From assembly GCA_030390025.1 (NCBI GenBank), contig CM059432.1, forward strand, positions 23,934,001 through 23,998,000: a DNA stretch of 64,000 nt, written 5' to 3'. The notes beneath the pieces are model-generated. The model was not told where the DNA came from and searched no databases. It worked only from the letters and a program-made list of their open reading frames with translations. Positions 11,915-24,390 of the stretch are shown here, piece after piece. This DNA comes from Squalus acanthias (taxonomy: Eukaryota). A program made the position numbers and the translations under genes. Position 1 is the first letter of the stretch. Each line of letters opens with the position of its first letter.

Positions 11915-12250
11915 AGAAAGAACTTGTAGTTACATAACATCTTATCAGATCTCTCTGAGATGCTTCAAATACAATTAATTATTTTGAAATTTAGCATTTA
12001 GGACAATGTGGCTGCCATTTTACATGTGGCAATGACATGAATGGCCAGTTAATCTATTTTTGATGATGTTGATTGAGAGAAGAATGTTGAGCAGTGAGAC
12101 AGACTCACTGTTCACTTTCCAATACTGTCCAAAACTTTTACATCCACTCGAATTGGCAGCCAGTTTAATGTCTCATCCAAAAGATGGCATCTCCAACATT
12201 ACTGTGTTAGCCTAGATTATGTCCTGGAGTAAGGCAACTATTCTCCAACT
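11915..12250 (-). mobile_element. Old DeuSINE copy
   Basis: aaagaaagaacttg tail and tttaatgtctcatccaaaagatggcatctccaaca (reverse Deu domain). Confidence 0.65.
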
Positions 12251-12653
12251 TGCAATGGAGTAAGTTTGGACAGTAATCTTCAATCATCCTGCATGTTAAA
12301 TAAAAGCCACAGCTATTTTAAACATATTTTAAGGTGATACAAGGGAGAAAAATTCAGAGGAGAAATAACTGCAATAATATTGATGAGATGGAGAGGCAAT
12401 AAAATGCTGTGATGGATAATAGAGGTTGGAGGATAGAGGTAAAAGAAAGATAGCTGGTTAGAAGACAAACATTTTCTTGTATCTTGTCCAAGTACACCAG
12501 AGGTGTTACAGCCTTCCAGATATGGGTGTAACATAAATCTTGGATTGATGTGGGCTATAAAGAGAGTTAATAAAACTTAAAAATACAGTTTATTTTGATA
12601 TAAGAGAACATGTCATCTTCCAGCATGAAATCTGATAGCTTACAAATCATATT

Positions 12654-14480
12654 GAGAACGGCAGCATAGTGGTTATGTTACTGGACTAGTAATCCAGAGG
12701 TCTGGACTAATGATCAAAGCACTGCAGTCCTGCCACATCCAGTCGTGATTGGTGGTGGAGGCTCTATGAACATTCCCATCCTCATTGATGGCAGAGCCCA
12801 GCACATGAGTGCAAAAGACAAGGCTGACGCATTTGCAAATATCTTCAGCCATAAGTGTCGAGTGGCTGATCCATCTCGGCCTACTCCTGAGGTCCCCACC
12901 AGTCTACAGCCAATTTGATTCACTCTACGTGATATCAAGAAACGGCTGAGCGGCTGAACGCACTGGACACAGCAAAGGCTATGGGCCCCGACAACATCCC
13001 GGCTGCAGCGCTGAAGACTTGTGCTCCAGAACTAGTTGCGCCTCCAGTACAGCTACAACACTGGCATCTACCCGGCAAAGTGGAAAATTGCCCAGGTATG
13101 TCCTGTCCACAAAAAGCAGGACAAATCCAATCCAGCCATATACCGCCCCATCAGCCTACTCTCAATCATCAGTAAAGTGATAGAAGGGGCCGTTGACTGA
13201 GCCATCAAGCAGCAATTACTCACCAATATCCTGCTCACCAATGCTAAGTTTGGGTTCCGCCAGGACCACTTGGCTCCAGACCTCATTACAGCCTTGGTCC
13301 AAATATGGACAAATGAGCTGAATTCCACAGGTGAGCTGAGAGTGACTGCACTTGACATCAAGGCAGCATTTGACTGAGTGTGGCTTCAAGGAGCCCTAGT
13401 AAAATTGAAGTCAATGGGAATCAGGGGGAAAATGCTCCACTGGCTGAAGTCATGTGGTTGTTGGAGGCCAATCATCTCAGCCCCAGGACATAGCTGCAGG
13501 AGTTCCTCAGGTCAGTGTCGCAAGCCCAACCATCTTCAGTTGCTTCATCAATGACCTTTCCTCCATCATAAAATCAGAAGTGGGGATGTTCGCTGATGAT
13601 TACACAGTGTTCAGTTCCATTAGCAACTCCTCAGATAATGAAGCAATCCGTACCTGCATGCAGGAAGACCTGGACAACTTTCAGACTTGGGCTGATAAGT
13701 GGCAAGTAACATTCGCACCATACAAGTGTCAGGCAATGACTATCTCCAACTGGAGAGAGTCTAACCACTTCCCCTTGACATTCAACAGCATTACCATTGT
13801 CGAATATCCCACCATCAACATCCTGGGAGTCACCATTGACCAGAAACTTAACTGGACCAGCCACATAAATACCGTGGCAACAAGAGCAGGTCAGAAGCTG
13901 GGCATTCTGCGGTGAGTGACTCCACAAAGCCTTTCCACCATCTGCAAGTCACAAATCTGAAGTCTGACGGAATACTCTCCATTTGCCTGGATGAGTGCAG
14001 CTCCAACAACACTCAAGAAGCTCGCCATCATCCAGGACAATGCAGCCCACTTGATTGGCACCTCACTCACCACCATAAGCATTCACTTCCTCCACCACTG
14101 ACGCATCGTGGCTGCAGTGTGTACCATCTACAAGATGCACTGCAGCAACTCGCCAAAGCTCCTTCGACAGCACCTCTCAAACCCGCGACCTCTACCACCT
14201 AGAAGGACAAGGGCAGCAGGTGCATGGGAACACCACCACCTCCAATTTCCCCTCCAAGTCACACACCATCCTGACTTGGAAATATATTGCCATTCCTTCG
14301 TCGCTGGGTCAAAATCCTGGAACTCGCTCCCTAACAGCACTGTGGGAGTACCTTCACCACACGGACTGCAGCGGTTCAAGAAGGCTGCTCACCACCACCT
14401 TCTCAAGGGCAGTTAGGGATGGGCAATAAATGCTGGCCTTGCCAGCAACTCCACATCCCATGAATGAATTAAATAAAAAT
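12654..14480 (+). mobile_element. Zenon-like LINE with tRNA-like 5' head and internal deletion
   Basis: Head gagaacggcagcatagtggttatgttactggactagtaatccagagg matches the 5' end of 49605-52870. It then jumps at gatc into ORF2. RT motifs are GPDNIP, GVPQ and MFADD, and the family 3' tail is present. Confidence 0.88.
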
Positions 14481-15282
14481 AAATCGCAAATATATACATC
14501 GACATATAAATGTACTGTCAAGGTCCAAGTGTACCCAAGGTCATACTTGGTCACCTCAAGCATATAAATGATTTTTTAGAGTTACTTTCTGCTTAACAGC
14601 TCTTGTCTCTTTCAGTCTCACACACACACACACTCACATATGCCGCACAAACCTTGGGTATTGCAGATACAGCAGTTGGGGCTGTTTTATAGAGATTTGA
14701 ATCAATATGACAGGTATTGTGTGCTTGGAAATGGCTGATTCCACACTGTGACAGTCAGGTGCTGGGCCTGAAATGCTGATTTCCATAAAGAGATGAATCT
14801 CACCAATAAATGTGCCTCCCTGACTGTATGTATGGCAGACCCCGCCCCCCTGCGTCCTGCCTGGAATCATTCATGCAGTTTGATAATAATAATAATACAA
14901 TAATAAAATATGTAGGAAGGCAGCTTGAGAGAAAATGTTTTCTTTACTGTCGCTTGCTATTTGTCACAGTTCATATCACCTCTGTGGAGAAGGCATGCTC
15001 TACAGTGACTTCTCACGTCTAAGTGCATACATTTTGTATAAATTATTAGCAAAGCTGATATCTTTTGTTTTTGCTGTCAGTGCTGTAGATGCACTAGCCC
15101 CAGCAATAATCCCTGTGGCTCGCTGTAAACTCCTGACTCTTGTCACATTGATGACAGCATAGCCATAAGTGCATTGCTTTTTTAACACTTAACAGCAATC
15201 CCCTTATGGCGATGCTGATGACTAAACTCAAATTTCCACTGCTAATTTATATGAAAGGCTGCTCTGTTAACTGTTTGATAAC

Positions 15283-16320
15283 ATAACACATAGGATTACA
15301 TAGGATATACGGCACAGAAACAGGCTATTCGGCCCAACCAGTCCATGCCGGCGTTTATGCTCCACTCGAGCCTCCTCCCGTCTTTCCTCATCTAAATCTA
15401 TCAGTGTAACCCTCTATTCCCTTTTCCCTCATATGCTTGTCTAGCCTCCCCTTAAATGCATCTATACTATTCACTTCAACCACTTCCTGTGGTAGCGAGT
15501 TCCACATTCTCACCACTCCTTGGGTAAAGAAGTTTCTTCTGAATTCCCTATTGGATTTCTTGGTGACTATCTTATATTGATGGCCTCTAGTTATGCTCTT
15601 CCCCACAAGTGGAAACATTCTCTCTGTATCCATTCTATCAAAACCTTTCATAATTTTAAAGACCTATATTAGGTCACCCCTTAGCCTTTTTTTTTCAAGA
15701 GAAAAGAGACCCAGCCTGTTCATCCTTTCCTGATATTTATACCCTCGCATTTCTGGTATCATCCTTGTAAATCTTCTCTGCACCCTCTCCAGTGTCTCTA
15801 TATCCTTTTTATAATATGGTGGCCAGAACTGTATGCTGTGGTCTAACCAAGGTTTGATACAGGTTTAGCATAACTTCCCTACTTTTCAATTCTATCCCTC
15901 TAAAAATAAATCCTAGTGCTTGGTTTGCCTTTTTTATGGTCTTGCTAACCTATGTCGCAACTTTTAGTGATTTGTGTATTGGTACTCTGAGATCCCTTTC
16001 TTCCTCTACCCCACCTAGACTCGCACCCTCCAAGTAATAAGTGACCTCCCTATTCTTCCTACCAAAATGTAATACCTTACATTTATCTGTGTTGAGCTTC
16101 ATTTGCCAATTATATGCCCATTCTGCAAGTTTATTAATGTCCTGTAATTTGTTGCAGTCCTCCTGCAACAACAGTGGTCTCAGCACTGATCCTTGTGGAA
16201 CACCACAACCAGCCTTCTGCCACTGTGAATAGTTACCCTTTACCTCTACTCTCTGCTTTCTGTCTTGAAGCCAGCTAGCTATCCATTCTGCTACTTGTCC
16301 CCTGACTCCGCATTCAATCC
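15283..16320 (-). mobile_element. CR1 LINE 3' fragment with internal deletion
   Basis: GVPQGSVLRPLL joined directly to LQEDCNKLQ, NFFTQGVVRMWNSLP, and a CR1 3' tail. Confidence 0.92.
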
Positions 16321-16714
16321 GTAGATGTTTTTGTTTGCCCAGACAGAAACGCCCAGGTAGTGCTTCCGCCATCTTTAGTATGACCTGTTCATAGTTCTCT
16401 TCATGTGCTTTCTCACAGCTTACTATTGCTAATGAGAGAGAGGGAGGGGGAGAGTGAGACACACACACACAAAGAGCCCTATTTTCCAGTTGTTGGTACC
16501 CTTATCACCTGAGTTTCAGATGGCAATACCCAGCTTCTGTCCAGTGTAATATTATCGTTGAGCCCCCACACGAGAGTAATGGCTTACAGTCTCTTGTGGC
16601 TGTTTTTGTCAGGTGACAGTAAATGGCACCCACTTCTGATTCCCTTGATATCAGACATGGAGCAGAGATAGAATGAGCCATGATCTGGTCTCTATGATCT
16701 TAGGGTATAGAGAA

Positions 16715-16950
16715 TAGAATAAACCAGAGTTTAAGCCCTGATCGTTACCCGGTAACTTGAAAACTTACTTGAAAGTGCATATGTGTAGGTGTTTTGGATG
16801 TGATGCTTCCCTCAGTTAAATATCCTGTTGACACTCACTGACAAGGCCCACACATGAATAGTAGCTACTTGAGTAAGGTAGCCAGAGCTGCTGGCACCCT
16901 TAGATCTACGCATGAGTCATTGCCTTCAGGACAGGAGGGGAGAAAATTGG
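16715..16950 (+). mobile_element. AmnSINE2-like SINE 3' part
   Basis: ccctgatcgttacccgg...acactcactgacaaggcccacacatgaa...gagtcattgccttcaggacaggaggggagaaaa. Confidence 0.55.
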
Positions 16951-16964
16951 AAAATATATTAAGT

Positions 16965-17440
16965 AGAACTTGCATTATCGTTTCCTCAGGATGTCCCAAA
17001 ACAACAAATTACTTTTTTAAGTGAGGTCACTGTTATTGTGTCAGCAAATGCAGGAATCATTTTGTTCGCAACAGGGTTCTACAAACAGAAAATCGGTGAA
17101 TGACTAATCGATCCATTATTGGTGGTTTTGGTTGAGGGAGGAATGTTGGACAGGACACAGGGAGAACTCTCTGCTCTTCTTCAAATAGTCCCATAGGATC
17201 ATTTATAGCCACCTAAACTGGCAGATGGAGCATTGGTTTAATGTCGCATCCAAAAAATGGCACCTCCAACAATGCAGCATGTATTCAGTACTGTTCTGCA
17301 GTGGTTCAAGAAGAAGGCCCACCACCACCTTTGTGAGGGCAACTAGGGATGGGCAATAAATTCCACCCTTGCCCTTGACGCCCATATCCCAAGAATGAAT
17401 TTTTAAAAAGCTGTGTCAGCCTAGATGTGGACAGTACCTT
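16965..17440 (-). mobile_element. Old DeuSINE interrupted by a Zenon-like LINE 3' tail (about 17294-17408, plus)
   Basis: Reverse Deu domain at 17160-17280, with insert ctgcagtggttcaagaagaaggcccaccaccacc...gggatgggcaataaa. Confidence 0.7.
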
Positions 17441-18279
17441 CCCAGAAATAGTTGGGATCCCATCCTCGTTGATGACTGAAATCATTTGAACATCGAAAAA
17501 GGCAAACTTTTCACCACAGAAATCGCGAGATCTCTGTGGGCAGCTTTCTCCAGGGCCAGTGGCGAGCGCCTTTGCTTCGCCACTGACTGCAAATTCCAGG
17601 CCAACGAGTGTGAGGCAAGTCACTTTCACTGCCGCCACTCTGAACTGGCCTGAGGGAGGTACATGAAAACCTCACTTCATGTTTTCCATTTAGTACCTCA
17701 TCATAGCAACTTGGCAGAGTAGGGGTGTGGGGAGAGGGGTGGGGAGATCAGTGAAGAGGTTGATATAGACGCGCATTTCTCACAAAACTGTCTGTCAATT
17801 CCTCCATATCTTGCTTAATTTGTTCGAACTTTTTGAGTATAATATATTTTATCCTATTCTGAATATCTGGTTTTTTTTAATTTTCTTTGAACACTGTGTC
17901 ATGAATAAATTATATTAAAACTGCAATGTATCAAAGCAAAACAACACAATGCCTCCATTATTCATTGGGACTGGGATGCTATCATCAAAACAAGCAGAAA
18001 GCCAATATGAAACAAGGCAGAAATACAATGCTGAGAGAAACACAATGCAAAAATTTCCCTGGCCTTTGCCTTTCCTTTAATGTCAAGCACAGCATGTCAC
18101 TGCATTCTGCTGCAGTACACAGTTCTGTTTATGCACCTGTAATGTTTCATTGATTGCAAATTTATATCAGATTTGTCTCTTTGATCTCTTCTACAAATAT
18201 GATGGAGCAATGAGTCGAATGCTTATCTTAGTTTTTTTTATTTTAACTTGACTCATTTAAAGGGGAAGTGTGCAACCAG

Positions 18280-18480
18280 CATTTGGTGAATGTGCTGCCT
18301 AACTTGGAACTGAGCTTAGGAAAGTCCCAGGTTTGATCCCCAGTCTGTGTTGAGTTAGCTGGTTTCATTTGGGGACCATGGTGCTACAGATGGCCTCAGC
18401 TCTGCTGGGCAAAGGAGAGGGAAAGAAATCAACCAGTCATCTATGGAACTGCATCCTACCTTCAGGAGAGAAGGGGAGAT
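18280..18480 (+). mobile_element. AmnSINE2-like SINE with tRNA-like head, internally deleted
   Basis: gtcccaggtttgatccccagtctgtgttgagttagctg...tggcctcag...ccttcaggagagaaggggaga. Confidence 0.55.
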
Positions 18481-19754
18481 ATTTATTGGCATATCCCAGT
18501 TGCCCTTGTTGTTGTGTTTTGTGCTTTAAAATTGACGGAAGCAGCAGAACCTGGGAATGAGACATTTAGACTTTGTAATGATATATTATTAACATTTATA
18601 GTAGTTTGTTTAATATCGGTTTAGAAATAATTCCTAAGTAACAATAGGGAAGTGTTCATTTGTTCACAATTCATAGTGCAATCAAAAGAAACTTCCTTCA
18701 GAATGTTTTAACGATTTAGTTAGGAATAACAAACATAGGAAGTCCTGCCGCTATGATGTTGTTAACATAACGCAACCAGAGGAACTCTTCCCTAACCGTT
18801 TCGGAGGCAGAACCAACTAGAGCAAGACGAAAGCAGACTGAGCGCACATTCCTAATCCACAAGTTTAGATCAGTGTGAAGCCAACCATTGCTAAACTTGG
18901 GGTCTAAATTGAGCTCCAAGGCCCAAATCGACTCTGAAGGAAAACGGAGTGAGAATACTGCCTCCAGGGTGTCTCACTCAGCTACAGTCCCATAGCAGGT
19001 CAGGCCATGACGTTGGATTCAGGTGCATTGACACTGAAACAGCCAAACCCCTTCACGCCAACCCTATTGTATGGAGATTGTAAACTGGAAGCTACTGAAG
19101 ACTGTATCAATGTGAAGTTGTTAGAAACTGTAATGAATCGAATCATTGATCACCCAGTTGGACTATAATAATCCGGAAAACAATTTCAACATCAGAACAA
19201 CGTGGGATTCCCCATGATGCCTCAGCTCTAGTAACATCATTAATATGGAGGGCTGACCCCAGCCGATCTTCATCATTCATAATGTTCAAGACAGCTCTAC
19301 GTGGCATCTGCCCTTACTCTAGCCAGCAATTTTAAGTTTTATTACAAAATTGGTAAATTGAGAGACACAAATCTTCTAATATTTCCTCTTACAACATTTA
19401 AGATAATATGGCAATTCAATGGACTACACTCCCCCTTTAATTGTTATCCCTATATCTCACTAATATTGCTGTAAACTGAAGCTTGGCTGATGTGTTATTG
19501 ATGTCAAATGCCAGAATTGATACATGGGGGAATGTATCACTAAAATCCCGAGTACACAGACAGTCTATCATATTCACAAAGGATTGGAACATCAACACTG
19601 ATACACTTCCATCAATAATAAGCAATTACAAACAGTAGAGAAGTTGATTCATTGTTGGGATATTGTTTTGTCAAGTAGTCATAAACATAGGTGAAAAATA
19701 ATGTGATGATATCATCGGATCGTGTCTGCTGTAAAATAAATGGGTGAGCTTGCT

Positions 19755-19874
19755 TCTTCACCACCTGGGCGGTAATCTGATTTCAATTGAATGAAAATTG
19801 GGCTTGTCCTACCATGGCTGGGTGATTCGCAACACCAAATTACCACCCAGGCGGTGAAGACAAAAATTGACCCC
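19755..19874. repeat. Inverted repeat, probable small MITE remnant
   Basis: tcttcaccacctgggcggtaat ... attaccacccaggcggtgaaga (22 bp, 2 mismatches), ending in TIR-like aaaaattgacccc. Confidence 0.6.
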
Positions 19875-20445
19875 AAAGGCTCTTAAACATTGTTCAGTTC
19901 AGCTTCCCCAATGATCTACTGGGTAAAGGAACCACCTGGAGAGTTAATTAACCGCACAGACCTGAGATCAGCTAACTCAGGACAGATCCCGGTCCGATCT
20001 CGGATCTGTGCTGTGTCAGCTGATCTCAAGGAGGACAGCTGTTAGGATGCCCCTGAGCTCGGAAGGGAAATAAATCAGCTCCAGCTCCTGATTGCTAGTC
20101 AAGCACCCTTTATGGAAAGTTCATGTGTGTGGTAGATGATTGGATAAAGCTCAACCACGATACCTTCCACAGTTGACTAGCCTATTGCTAGTCACTGTCT
20201 GTTTCCACGGAGATGCTCACTCTAATTTCCCAAATATATGTCAAAATACACTGTTACAAATGCTATACACAAATGTCACAATAAAGATTGCTGGAACCAT
20301 CATTGAAGTTTTAGTGGCTGCAAAAGCAGAATGAGGTATGAGAGTTCTATACAGTAAACCTTGTCTTCACAAGATCAAAATATACATTTGGATGAGGCAG
20401 GTTCTTTGGCCCATCTTGACTTATTAATCTAGAAAACATCTTGTT

Positions 20446-20751
20446 AACCCTGGGGGCCCAGCTGGGCTCCGGTTCGCGCTGCGCAGGGTCCCTCCCCTTT
20501 AAGAAGGGGAGGAAGGCCTGCAATACCGCGGCGCGACGTGCCGCAGCGCGTGGCGCTGCGGCATGTAGCGCCAGGATATTCACTCGCAGCGCCCCAAGAG
20601 GGATGCGGGGTGCTTCCAGTTGCGCCCCGCTTCCCTCTTGGGGCGCAACCACTGAAGTTCCGGCGCGGGGCCACTAATTTTTTCGGGTCGCTAAAAGTCG
20701 TGCCATGGCGAGGTTAGCGCCCCAAATGGGGCGCGACTCAATTTTTACCCC
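20446..20751. mobile_element. Truncated CpG-rich MITE related to the 10832 family, opposite orientation
   Basis: The right end gcgccccaaatggggcgcgactcaatttttacccc is a reverse-complement variant of the family left end ggggaaaaattcagtcgcgccccgtttggggcgc. Confidence 0.75.
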
Positions 20752-21030
20752 TAAGGCTTTGGTTTTCATTAATAGAGAGGGTTGATGAGGGTAGTACGGT
20801 TGATGTTGTGTACATGGACTTTCAAAAAGCTTTTGATAAAGTACCACTTAATAGACTTGATAGCAAAATTGAAGCCCATGGGATTAACGGGCTAGTGGCA
20901 GCGTGGATACAAAATTGGCTAAGGGACACAAAACAGAGAGTAGTGGTGAACGGGTGTTTTTCAGACTTGAGGGAAGTATACAGTGGTGTACCCTAGTGGT
21001 ATTAGTACCACTGCCCTTTTTAGAGTCATA

Positions 21031-22821
21031 GGGGGAAAAATTCAGTATCGCCCCGTTTGGGGCGCAATTATCGGCCGGGCGCAAAGATTAGCGCCTGGCG
21101 CTAATTATCGCCTCCGACTGCAAACTTGACTTTTATCGCCCCTGGAGGTGATTGGAGCACTAAATCAGGCGCTACACATCTGTCTTAAGGCGCAAAGGCC
21201 GAGGAGCGAGGCGCTAACTCAGAGCGCTGGCAAAGCTCATGTGATGTCAGTCAGCAATGGAACACACACACAATGGCCCTGGCCAGTTCTTAAAGGGGAG
21301 GGTTGATCTTGCTTTCCATCCACATCCTGCTCATTGCAGCCTTGAATCTCTGCCTGGAGAGACCTGCACATCAAATCTGCTGGAAAGAACAATGGAGAGT
21401 ACCAGGGAAAGAGCTCAGAGTGCAGCCCCCACAGACTCTTCTAAATCGATACAAGGAAGGGCAAATCAAAATGAACCTGCAAAGTGCTGCTCAGTACCCA
21501 AAACTCCTTCACACAGCGTTGAATCTCTCCAGAAGTCTCTGGGGGAAAAATTCAGTCGCGCCCCGTTTGGGGCGCAAATATCGGCCGGGCGCAAAGATTA
21601 GCGCCTGGCGCTAATTATCGCCACCTGACTGCAAACTTGACTTTTATCGCCCCTGGAGGTGATTGCAGCGCTAAATCAGGTGCTTCACACCTGTCTTAAG
21701 GCGCAAAGGCCGAGGAGCGAGGCGCTACCTCAGAGCGCTGGCGAAGCTCATGTAATGTCAGTCAGCAATGGAGCACACACACAATGGCACGGGCCAGTTC
21801 TTAAAGGGGATGGTTAATCTTGCTTTCCATCCACATCCTGCTCATTGCAGCCTTGAATCTCGGCCTAGAGAGACCTGCACATCAAATCTGCTGAAAGAAC
21901 AATGGAGAGTACCAGGCCAAGAGCTCAGAGTGCAGCCCCCACAGTCTCTGCTAAATCGATACAAGGAATGGCAAATCAAAATGAACCTGCAAAGTGCTGC
22001 TCAGTACCCAAAACTCCTTCACACAACGTTGAATCTCTCCAGAAGTCTCTCTCTCTCTCTCTCAGAATGCGTAGTTCAAAAATGGCACCAACAATAAAAG
22101 GCAGGAAGCGGTCACCTTTAAATAGCGCTCCCCCTTTCCCTTCATGACTGCAGAACGCTCCCCTCAACCTGTCGTTGCTAGCGTCAGGCGGTAAGGCAGG
22201 GGGCGCCACTCAATATCCGCTCCGGGGCGATACCGGGGCGTTGCACACTCGAGTGACGTCATGATCTGCCGGCACAGGAGATCGTGGCGGTAGTGTTTAG
22301 TGCCGCCGCAAAATGTCTAGTTAATTTCGCGAGCGGCGCAAACTTCGCCGCGCCCGGGCGCTAGCTGCTTTGCGCCCCATTAGCGCCCTCTTAAGGCGCT
22401 AACGGGAGGCGCAAACAACTGAATTTTTCCCCATCTCTCTCTCTCTCTCTCAGAATGCGTGGTTCAAAAATGTCACCAACAATAAAAGGCAGGAAGCGGT
22501 CGCCTTTAAATAGTGCTCCCCCAGTCCCTTCCTGACTGCAAAACGCTCCCCTCAACCTGTCGTTGCTAGCGGCAGGCGGTAAGGCAGGGGGCGCCACTCA
22601 ATATCCGCTCCGGGGCGCTACCGGGGCATTGTGCACTCAACTGACGTCACGATCTGCCGGTGCAGGAGATCGTGGCGGTAGTGTTTAGCGCTGCCGCAAA
22701 ATGTCTAGTTAATTTCGCGAGCGGCGCAATCATCGCCGCGCCTGGGCGCTAGTTGCTTTGCGCCCCATTAGCGCCCTCTTAAGGTGCTAACGGGAGGTGC
22801 AACCAACTGAATTTTTCCCCC
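21031..22821. mobile_element. CpG-rich MITE copy A (host of copy B)
   Basis: TIRs at 21031 and 22821 with TSD ata (21028-30, 22822-24). Confidence 0.92.
21541..22433. mobile_element. CpG-rich MITE copy B inserted into the (ct)n tract of copy A
   Basis: TIR gggggaaaaattcagt ... actgaatttttcccca and TSD tct (21538-40, 22434-36). Confidence 0.92.
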
Positions 22822-22893
22822 ATAGAGTTATACAGCACAGAAAGAGGCCCTTCGGCCCATCATATCCACACCGGCCATCAAGCCCAGTCTATT

Positions 22894-24390
22894 CTAATCC
22901 CATTTTCCAGCACTTAGTCCGTAGCCTTGTATGCTATGGCGTTTCAAGTGCTCATCTAAATGCTTCTTGAATGTTGTTAGGGTTCCTGCCTCTGCCACCC
23001 TTTCAGGCAGTGAGTTCCAGATTCCAACCACCCTCTGGGTGAAAAAGTTTTCCCTCAAATCCCCTCTAAACCTCCTGCCCCTTACCTTGAAACTATGCCC
23101 CCTGGTTATTGACCCCTCTACTAAGGGGAAAAGTTCCTTTCTATCTACCCTATCTATGCCCCTCATAATTTTGTACACCTCAATCAGGGCCCCCCTCAGC
23201 CTTCTCTGCTCCAAGGAAAACAACCCCAGCCTGTCCAGTCTCTCTTCATAGCTGATGGGCTGCAGCCCAGGTAACATCCTGGTGAATCTCCTCTGCACCC
23301 TCTCCAATGCAATCACATCCTTCCTATAGTGTGGCGACCAGAACTGCACACAGTATTCCAGCTGTGGCCTAACTAGCATTTTGTACAGCTCCATCATAAC
23401 CTCCCTGCTCTTATATTCTATGCCTCGGCTAATGAAGGCAAGTATCCCATATGCCTTTTTAACCACCTTATCTACCTGTCCTGCTGCCTTCAGGGATCTA
23501 TGTACATGCACACCAAGGTCCCTCTGATACTCTGTCCGTCCTAGGGTCCTACCATTCATTGTGTATTCCCTTGCCTTGTTAGTCCTCCCAAAATGCATCA
23601 CCTCACACTTTTCAGGGTTAAATTCCATTTGCCACTGTTCTGCCCATCTAACCAACCCATCTATATCGTCCTGTAGCCTGAGGCTTCCCTCCTCGCTATT
23701 TACCACCCCACCAATTTTCGTGTCATCTGTGAACTTACTGATCATACCTCCTACATTCATATCTAAATCATTAATGTACACTACAAACAGCAAAGGACTC
23801 AGCACTGATCCCTGCGATACACCACTGGACACAGGCTTCCAGTCACAAAAACAACCTTCGACCATCACCATCTGCCTCCTGCCACTAAGCCAATTTTGGA
23901 TCCAATGTGCCAAGTTGCCCTGGATCCCATGGGCTCTTACCTTCTTGACCAGTCTCCCATGTGGGACTTTGTCAAAAGCCTTACTGAAGTCCATGTAGAC
24001 CACATCAACTACACTACCCTCATCCACACACCTAGTCACCCCCTCGAAAAATTCAATCAAATTGGTCAGACATGATCTCCCCCTGACAAAGCCATGCTGA
24101 CTATCCTTGATTAATCCTTGCCTCTCCAAGTGGAGTCTAATTCTGTCCCTCAGAATGTTTTCCAATAATTTCCCTACCACTGATGTTAGGCTCACTAGCC
24201 TGTAATTCCCTGGTTTATTCCTACTACCCTTCTTGAATAATGGTACTACGTTAGCTGTTCTCCAGTCCTCTGGCACCTCCCCTGTGGCCAGAGAGGTTCT
24301 GAAAATTTGTGTTAGAGCCCCTGCAATCTCTTCCCTTGCCTCACACAGCAGCCTGGGATACATCACATCTAGGCTTGGGGATTTATCCAC
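22894..24390 (-). CDS. CR1 ORF2 reverse transcriptase portion (498 aa open; upstream part frameshifted; catalytic motif reads FTDD)
   Basis: NYRLVSLTSV, QHGF, DFSKAFDKVPH, GVSQGSVLSP, KFTDDTK, LEYCVQFWSP. Confidence 0.9.
   Translation of the reverse strand: MDKSPSLDVMYPRLLCEAREEIAGALTQIFRTSLATGEVPEDWRTANVVPLFKKGSRNKPGNYRLVSLTSVVGKLLENILRDRIRLHLERQGLIKDSQHGFVRGRSCLTNLIEFFEGVTRCVDEGSVVDVVYMDFSKAFDKVPHGRLVKKVRAHGIQGNLAHWIQNWLSGRRQMVMVEGCFCDWKPVSSGVSQGSVLSPLLFVVYINDLDMNVGGMISKFTDDTKIGGVVNSEEGSLRLQDDIDGLVRWAEQWQMEFNPEKCEVMHFGRTNKAREYTMNGRTLGRTEYQRDLGVHVHRSLKAAGQVDKVVKKAYGILAFISRGIEYKSREVMMELYKMLVRPQLEYCVQFWSPHYRKDVIALERVQRRFTRMLPGLQPISYEERLDRLGLFSLEQRRLRGALIEVYKIMRGIDRVDRKELFPLVEGSITRGHSFKVRGRRFRGDLRENFFTQRVVGIWNSLPERVAEAGTLTTFKKHLDEHLKRHSIQGYGLSAGKWD

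Noticed and set aside
20441..20751. CpG island or host promoter
   Set aside because: It ends in the MITE-family TIR, so the CpG richness is explained by a transposon fragment.
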